Under the pieces are notes generated by a model. It was not told where the DNA came from. It saw only the letters and a list, made by a program, of their open reading frames with translations, and searched no databases. A stretch of 63,297 bases of DNA, the filler included, from Kipferlia bialata (lineage: Eukaryota), in NCBI GenBank assembly GCA_003568945.1. It is 6 parts of 5 records of this genome, joined end to end, with 100 filler letters (N's around TTAATTAATTAA, not from the genome) between each part and the next. Parts side by side here need not be neighbours in the genome. Positions count along the whole stretch, not along the records: positions 43,692 to 58,592 come from BDIP01000761.1; positions 58,693 to 63,297 come from BDIP01000774.1; 4 more parts are not named here. The stretch is one strand, 5' to 3'. Of this stretch, positions 57,764-63,297 are shown in pieces (position 1 is the stretch's first letter; each line of letters starts with the position of its first letter). Position numbers and translations under genes: made by a program.

Positions 57764-58535
57764 TAAGAGACCGTACCTGTGCAGGGGCGTCAGGGTCAGC
57801 ACCTAGTGTAAGTGATAGAGGGGAGAGAGAGAGAGGGAAACCGGCAGGGTCAGCACCTAGTGTGAGTGATAGAGGGGAGAGAGAGAGAGGGAAACCGGCA
57901 GGGTCAGCACCTGTTGTGAGTGATAGTAGGATATAGAGAGAGAGAGAGGCCTAGATCTTCAACGCGTCTAAGCCGTACGTACCCATCGTGTGCTGCTCAT
58001 TGGCGGCGTCTCCACAGAACACAATGAGGTCTGGCCACTCGGCGCTGATATAAGGGTCTAGAGAGAGAAAGAGAAGACTGCTAGTGGCCACTGTCTGATC
58101 ATTACTCCCCTAATATCTGTCATTAAACATATGAGAGTATGTTTTTCATACTAATGGGTATTAATACCTAGTCAAGCACTGGTTCACTGTCTGTCTCAGC
58201 TGTCTGACCATGTCCAGACTGCCACTCTCTCTCTATCTCTATATATATATATTTCGTATGATGTATATATACCTGGATAGGCATTGACTGACTGTCTGCC
58301 TCAGCTGTCTGACCACGTCCAGACTCTCTCTCTCTCTCCCTCCCTCTTTCTCTATCTATATATATATATGAGTAGATACCTGGATAGGCACTGGTTCACT
58401 GTCTGTCTCAGCTGTCTGACCATGTCCAGACTATCTCTCTCTCTATATATATCTCTATATATAGATTCATATACACACGTACCTTGTAAGGCATTGATTC
58501 ACTGTCTGTCTCAGCTGTCTGACCATGTCCAGACT
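49150..58535 (-). CDS. Calcineurin-like metallophosphoesterase with large internal insertion, about 25 short exons, both ends partial
   Basis: Motifs in order: PDLIVFCGD, VYYVPGNHD, NLHKRV..LVFAGIGG, VFLISHQGP, VFHGHTH, VVVNPGAL. Confidence 0.85.
50491..50551 (-). repeat. 21-bp coding tandem repeat (DATLQDG x about 3)
   Basis: tcctgcaacgttgcatc occurs three times at 21-nt spacing inside an exon. Confidence 0.9.
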
Positions 58536-58537
58536 AC

Positions 58538-58592
<55 letters not shown>

Positions 58593-58692
58593 NNNNNNNN
58601 NNNNNNNNNNNNNNNNNNNNNNNNNNNNNNNNNNNNTTAATTAATTAANNNNNNNNNNNNNNNNNNNNNNNNNNNNNNNNNNNNNNNNNNNN
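58593..58692. other. Artificial contig-join linker
   Basis: N44-TTAATTAATTAA-N44. Confidence 0.97.
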
Positions 58693-59129
58693 TCTTCGTC
58701 CCTAGTGGTTTTCCCCCCCCCCCCCCCCCCCCCCCCCTCCCCTCACTCACGGATACACCACATCCCACTCTTCTGTCTCTCTCCCCCTATCTCCCTCTCC
58801 CATACTTCCATCGTTACCATTCTTTCACCCGCACCCCCCCTGTTGCATATACATGTCTCCCTCTGCCTCTCTCATAGCTAATAGACACATAATTTGCGAC
58901 TATTGGTGTGTTGTACATGTGCTCTCTCCTTCTCCCCCAACACTCTCTACAAAGACCTACCCTTCTATTATACCAGACCTCGGCCTTTGTCTCTCTGTCT
59001 CTCTCTCTCTACCACCCCCTCCACCTAACATCAGTGCAATGCAGCATCACACCGTATATACCCCTATTGACTGTGGTACATACGTGCTCTCTCTCCAACC
59101 TCCCCTTCCTCACCTACCTCTCATATCAG

Positions 59130-62100
59130 TGCAATGCAGCACCACACCATCTCTACCCCCATTGACTGTGGTGAGTATGGCACCCTAGTCAATGTCAGAC
59201 ATTGTCTACATCTATTATATTGTATAATAACAATAGGTAATGGAGCACCACACTATTAACTGTGGTGACTATGGCAACCTGGTCAATGGTGCATGTGAGT
59301 GTGTGCTGGGGTGGGAGGGGGGGCAGTGCACGGAGAACAGGTGTGTATGTAACTAAGCATTATTCTTGGACACTTTTAAACATACTATCATACTCATATT
59401 GATCCCATACTAATCTCTCACCCCAGGATATTCCGCACCCTGGTCAGTCATGTCACCGGGACAAGGTATATCATGTATATGTATGCACTATCATACACAC
59501 ATATATATACATATACTTTTGTTCATATGCATGGACTCTGGTCAGTCATGTCAGGGGACAAGGTATATTATATACATATATATGGTATGGACTATCACAT
59601 ATATACATATATCTTTTTGTTCTATGTACATATGCAGTCAAGCATGTCACAGACACAAGGTGGGTATATATGTATATACTATACGCATCATGGGGACAAT
59701 GTGCGGATCCCATTTAACAACACCCCTACGCATTAATTGTATGTGTGAATTCTGATTCCCTTATGAATATCTTATGAATAATGCATCTACTCTCACCAAC
59801 CCTCAGGTGGTTCTGGTCCATCTTCTCTGTCTCCTCTGTGTTAATTGGCATGCTGCACATGTGGGTCAGGCAGCAGGGGCAAGGTATACACTGTGTACAT
59901 GCTGTGTACATTTAGAATTATTCAGACCCATGATTAGAGTTTACTGTTTATTACACTCTTACAGATATATATCGATTTGAGCCCATGTGTGAAGTAAATA
60001 GAGGGGACAGAAAGAATTGGTATTACATGTGTTTCTTACCGTTAGGCCTCTACACCCACTCCCTGCTGTCCCTTGTGCTGTTACTCTGCTGTGTGTTGGA
60101 TACACTGTTTCTAGGGTATGTTCTAGAGAGTCATGTCCTATACAACAATGTGACTGACTATCTAGTATCTGGTATCTTCTACATAAGCAATCTCATCCAT
60201 GTGATTACCCCTCTGACACTAGCGAAGAGCACATGATTGTGTCAGACTCCTGGGACTGGGGGTGGCTCATACTGCTAGGTATCTATTTCATGCGCTTAGG
60301 ATACATATTGCATTAGAACTAATCTCCGTTGGTGTTCTCATCTCAAATATATTCATTATCAAACCCACAGGCCCAGACGCCCTCCTTCTACCTTTATACT
60401 TCTTGCCCTTATCAGCATCAGTATCTTGTATCAATGTATTATTGTGTGTATATGTACTTACCGCTAGGCCTTGACGCCTTCCTCCTCCTCCCCTTGGAAA
60501 TCTTGCACTTATCAGTATCAGTATCTTCCTTTCTGTATATTATTGTGCATATATTTTCTAACCCACAGGTCTAGACGCCCTCCTCCTCCTCCCTTTGTAC
60601 TTCCTACACTTTGCACTGCAGCGATTCCTCAACGAGCAGAGATACTCAAAGCAGTATGTAAGTAGTATTTGTTCATTCTTGTACTAGTATTCTTTGATGG
60701 TAGCCGTTAGTGATCTATTCTCATGTTTGTTTTGTGTCTTGTTAGTGGTTCTCCAAATCATCATCTCTAACCCCAGGCATTCTTCGCTGTCCAGTTGCTG
60801 GGGTCACTCAAGTTCATTCTGGAGGTAGGATATACTACACATATCTTAACCTTTCGGATTTCGGCCTTCATATCATATAGTTCCGCTCTTTATCGTCTTT
60901 TGACTGACACTTTAGGCTGGTCTCCGCCTTGTACATATCTTGACCTTTTGGATTCCGGCATTCATACTTTTGGGCTCTTTATAGTACTTTCACTGACACT
61001 TTAGGCTGGTCTCCGTCTTGCTCTCATGCATGTCTCTCTGACACTGGACACAGAGTACTGGCAGGCACCCAGGACAACGCACATGTACGCACATTTGAGT
61101 ATGTATGTATATACATCTATGTTTACCCATATGTATAGTGTATATCTGGGCACAGAGTACTGGCAGGCACCCAGGACAACACACATGTACGATGTGTCTC
61201 TATTTGAGTATATGCAGTACTATGAATATATGTATGGTATAACTGTATCTGATGTATGCAGTGGTATATCATACGTTCTCACACCAGGTACTATGGCCCC
61301 TACCTAGTTGCCATACTGGTTGAGTCATGCCTTGGTGTAGTGTGGCTGATGTGCTCAGTGCTAGGTATAGATATACATATATATGATATAGGATACATGT
61401 GTATTGCATTGATACATCCTTTTGCTGTTTCTTTTGCCTCGGTGTAGTGTGGCTGATATGGTCGGTACTAGGTTAGTATGTATAATACCATGTATCCGAC
61501 AAACATTCAATATACCTGTGTATATCTGTATCTGAAGTATGTATGTTTGCCTCGGTGTAGTGTGGCTGATGTGCGCAGTGCTAGGTATGCATATATATGT
61601 ATTAATGCTTATGAATATTTGTGTAATTAGAATGATTCTTATTTTGGCTAGATGCTCAGTTCTAGGTATGTAATTATTTCGCTATCATATTATGTATGTA
61701 TCAACCTACGTGTCTGGGTGACAGTCTGTTCACCCTTCTAGTATAGTGAGTCAGAAATATGCTTCTCACGACAGGAATAGTGAACAAGTGGCCGTTATTC
61801 TCAGGACCTGGCATAGGTGAGTTTCATCATTACTATGTATGGTCAGTGAGGTAGCAGTGGTGATACAAGAGCGTATTGATGCCAGATCGAGTTCTCTCCT
61901 CAAAGCATCGCGCCTTCTTTGCCGATGAGGCAGAACAGGAGCACCAAGAGAATATTGTTGTTATGGATCCAGTGCCAGAAGACAATGCAGTACATTTAGA
62001 CACTGATGTGGTGGGGGAAGGGTGGGCCAAGGACATTATACGGAGACTGCAGAGGTATGTGTGATGATAACACCTTCGCAGAGTGTATTTGTATCTGGGC

Positions 62101-62488
62101 GTCCTCAGTATTAGGTAGAGACCTCGCCATTACTATATAGCCTATAGATAATCTGTACCTGTAACTGTAACCTCACCCCTAGGCAAGCTGGAAGACGCAG
62201 CAGACCGAATAGCCGAACAGTCTCTGGTCTTAACTCAGTGCTCAACGTTGGGTCACGATCTGTTAGTGTGGATGGCATAGGTACATTGGTCGTTCTACAT
62301 ATGAAGCTCTGAGAAACTGAAAGACAAACACTTGCATATTCTCACTCTTAGGTAGCAGTGAACTAGCAACGCCCAATGTTGTTCTGAGCTCACCTGGTTT
62401 CACTCCCATGCACAGTGGTCTACAGACTCCACTGGCAACCGAGGGAAAGGGGGTGTTTGTGGAGGATACACTCCCGGATGCTGTATGA
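59130..62488 (+). CDS. EGF-like domain + about 5 transmembrane segments + acidic/Ser-rich tail; 5' uncertain
   Basis: CGDYGNLVNGACECVLGWEGGQC (EGF-like), then hydrophobic exons WFWSIFSVSSVLIGML, LLSLVLLLCCVLDTLFLG, WGWLILLGLDALLLLPLYFLHFAL, AFFAVQLLGSLKFILE and YLVAILVESCLGVVWLMCSVLGIV. Stop TGA at 62486-62488. Confidence 0.72.
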
Positions 62489-62780
62489 ATAGATGGTGTG
62501 GCACATATATGTCTAAGGTAACCTTTAGATCTACTCGGGATTAATCATCTACTTCATAGTCACTGAAATAGTGTTCTCAAGTAATGCCCCCAAAATGGTT
62601 GAGAGTTGTGTAGCCTACAGCTCTCTATTAGAGAATCACCGACCCCTTACTCACTGCCCACACGGAGCATTCTTAGCCGCACAATCTTACTGAGAGTGTC
62701 TCAGGCCGGATACTACTATTTCAGAGACCTATATAATATATATGCTATATATTCATATTGACTCAATATTATTGAGGCCC

Positions 62781-62830
62781 ATTGAGCCAAGTCAAGTCAA
62801 TGATTGAGCCAAGTCAAGTCAATGATTGAG
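62781..62830. repeat. 22-bp tandem duplication in intergenic DNA
   Basis: attgagccaagtcaagtcaatg x2 + attgag. Confidence 0.85.
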
Positions 62831-62924
62831 GGGCAGTCTAACTCTCTGATACATGTGTAACCTTCTAACTAACCCTTCAGGTATTTGTCCCAGAGTCGCA
62901 TGGAGGGCAAGGGAGGGGAGGCTA

Positions 62925-63297
62925 TTACAGCTGTACCAGCAGTGCTGTGATGTGGCCGATAGGCCTAGAAGGCCCTAGTAAAACAGTAAAGAAAGGGTCC
63001 AAAAACAGTTTGCCGAGTCTGAACCTGCAAGCCTCTACACGACCATACTGCACCGACCCTATTCCTGACTCAGTAGTAGCCCACCACACACACACAGAGA
63101 TAGGATGGACATCCACTTCATCCACGGGTGTCGGACCCTGTTCACTCTGAGTGTCCCTCGGGATGTGTCTCTCTCCTACTCCCTCTACGCCCTCACTCCA
63201 CGTATCTGGGATGCTATCCGAGGCATCCAAGCAGGTATGGCTGAGGACACAGACTCTGAGGGTAGTGAGGGGTCTAGCTCTGACTCAGAGTCCGAGG
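62925..63297 (-). CDS. 3' end of a hypothetical protein running off the window
   Basis: Coding-like ORF ending ...HITALLVQL* that continues towards the window edge; no recognisable domain. Confidence 0.5.

Overview
Eukaryotic, intron-dense protist DNA, not prokaryotic. Genes are split into short GT-AG exons by (TA)n/(GA)n-rich introns. The branch point sits directly against the acceptor (CTRAC/CTCAC/CTTAC/CTTAT + 3-6 nt + AG), a metamonad-type signal; a fornicate such as Kipferlia is my inference, unconfirmed. The window is six contigs joined by artificial 100-nt N44-TTAATTAATTAA-N44 linkers, plus one 401-N gap, so adjacency across linkers is not real synteny. Manual exon splicing gives: a giant DUF6606/DUF3638/DUF3645 SF2-like NTPase, a coiled-coil protein, a bacterial-type arylsulfotransferase, a NEK-like kinase with LRRs, an ABCC/MRP transporter fragment, a PLAA/Doa1 homolog, two intronless kelch-like paralogs, a Cys-triplet repeat protein, a SAM-like protein, a split calcineurin-like metallophosphoesterase and an EGF + multi-TM protein. 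The main unexplained signal is a window-wide pattern of intronic exon echoes. Many introns hold 1-4 tandem partial copies of the adjacent exon end, each with only one splice site, and these apparently non-coding copies differ from the real exon mostly at synonymous third codon positions. One echo even copies a stop-codon end with TAA changed to TAG. All domain calls come from motif recognition by eye; no searches were run.
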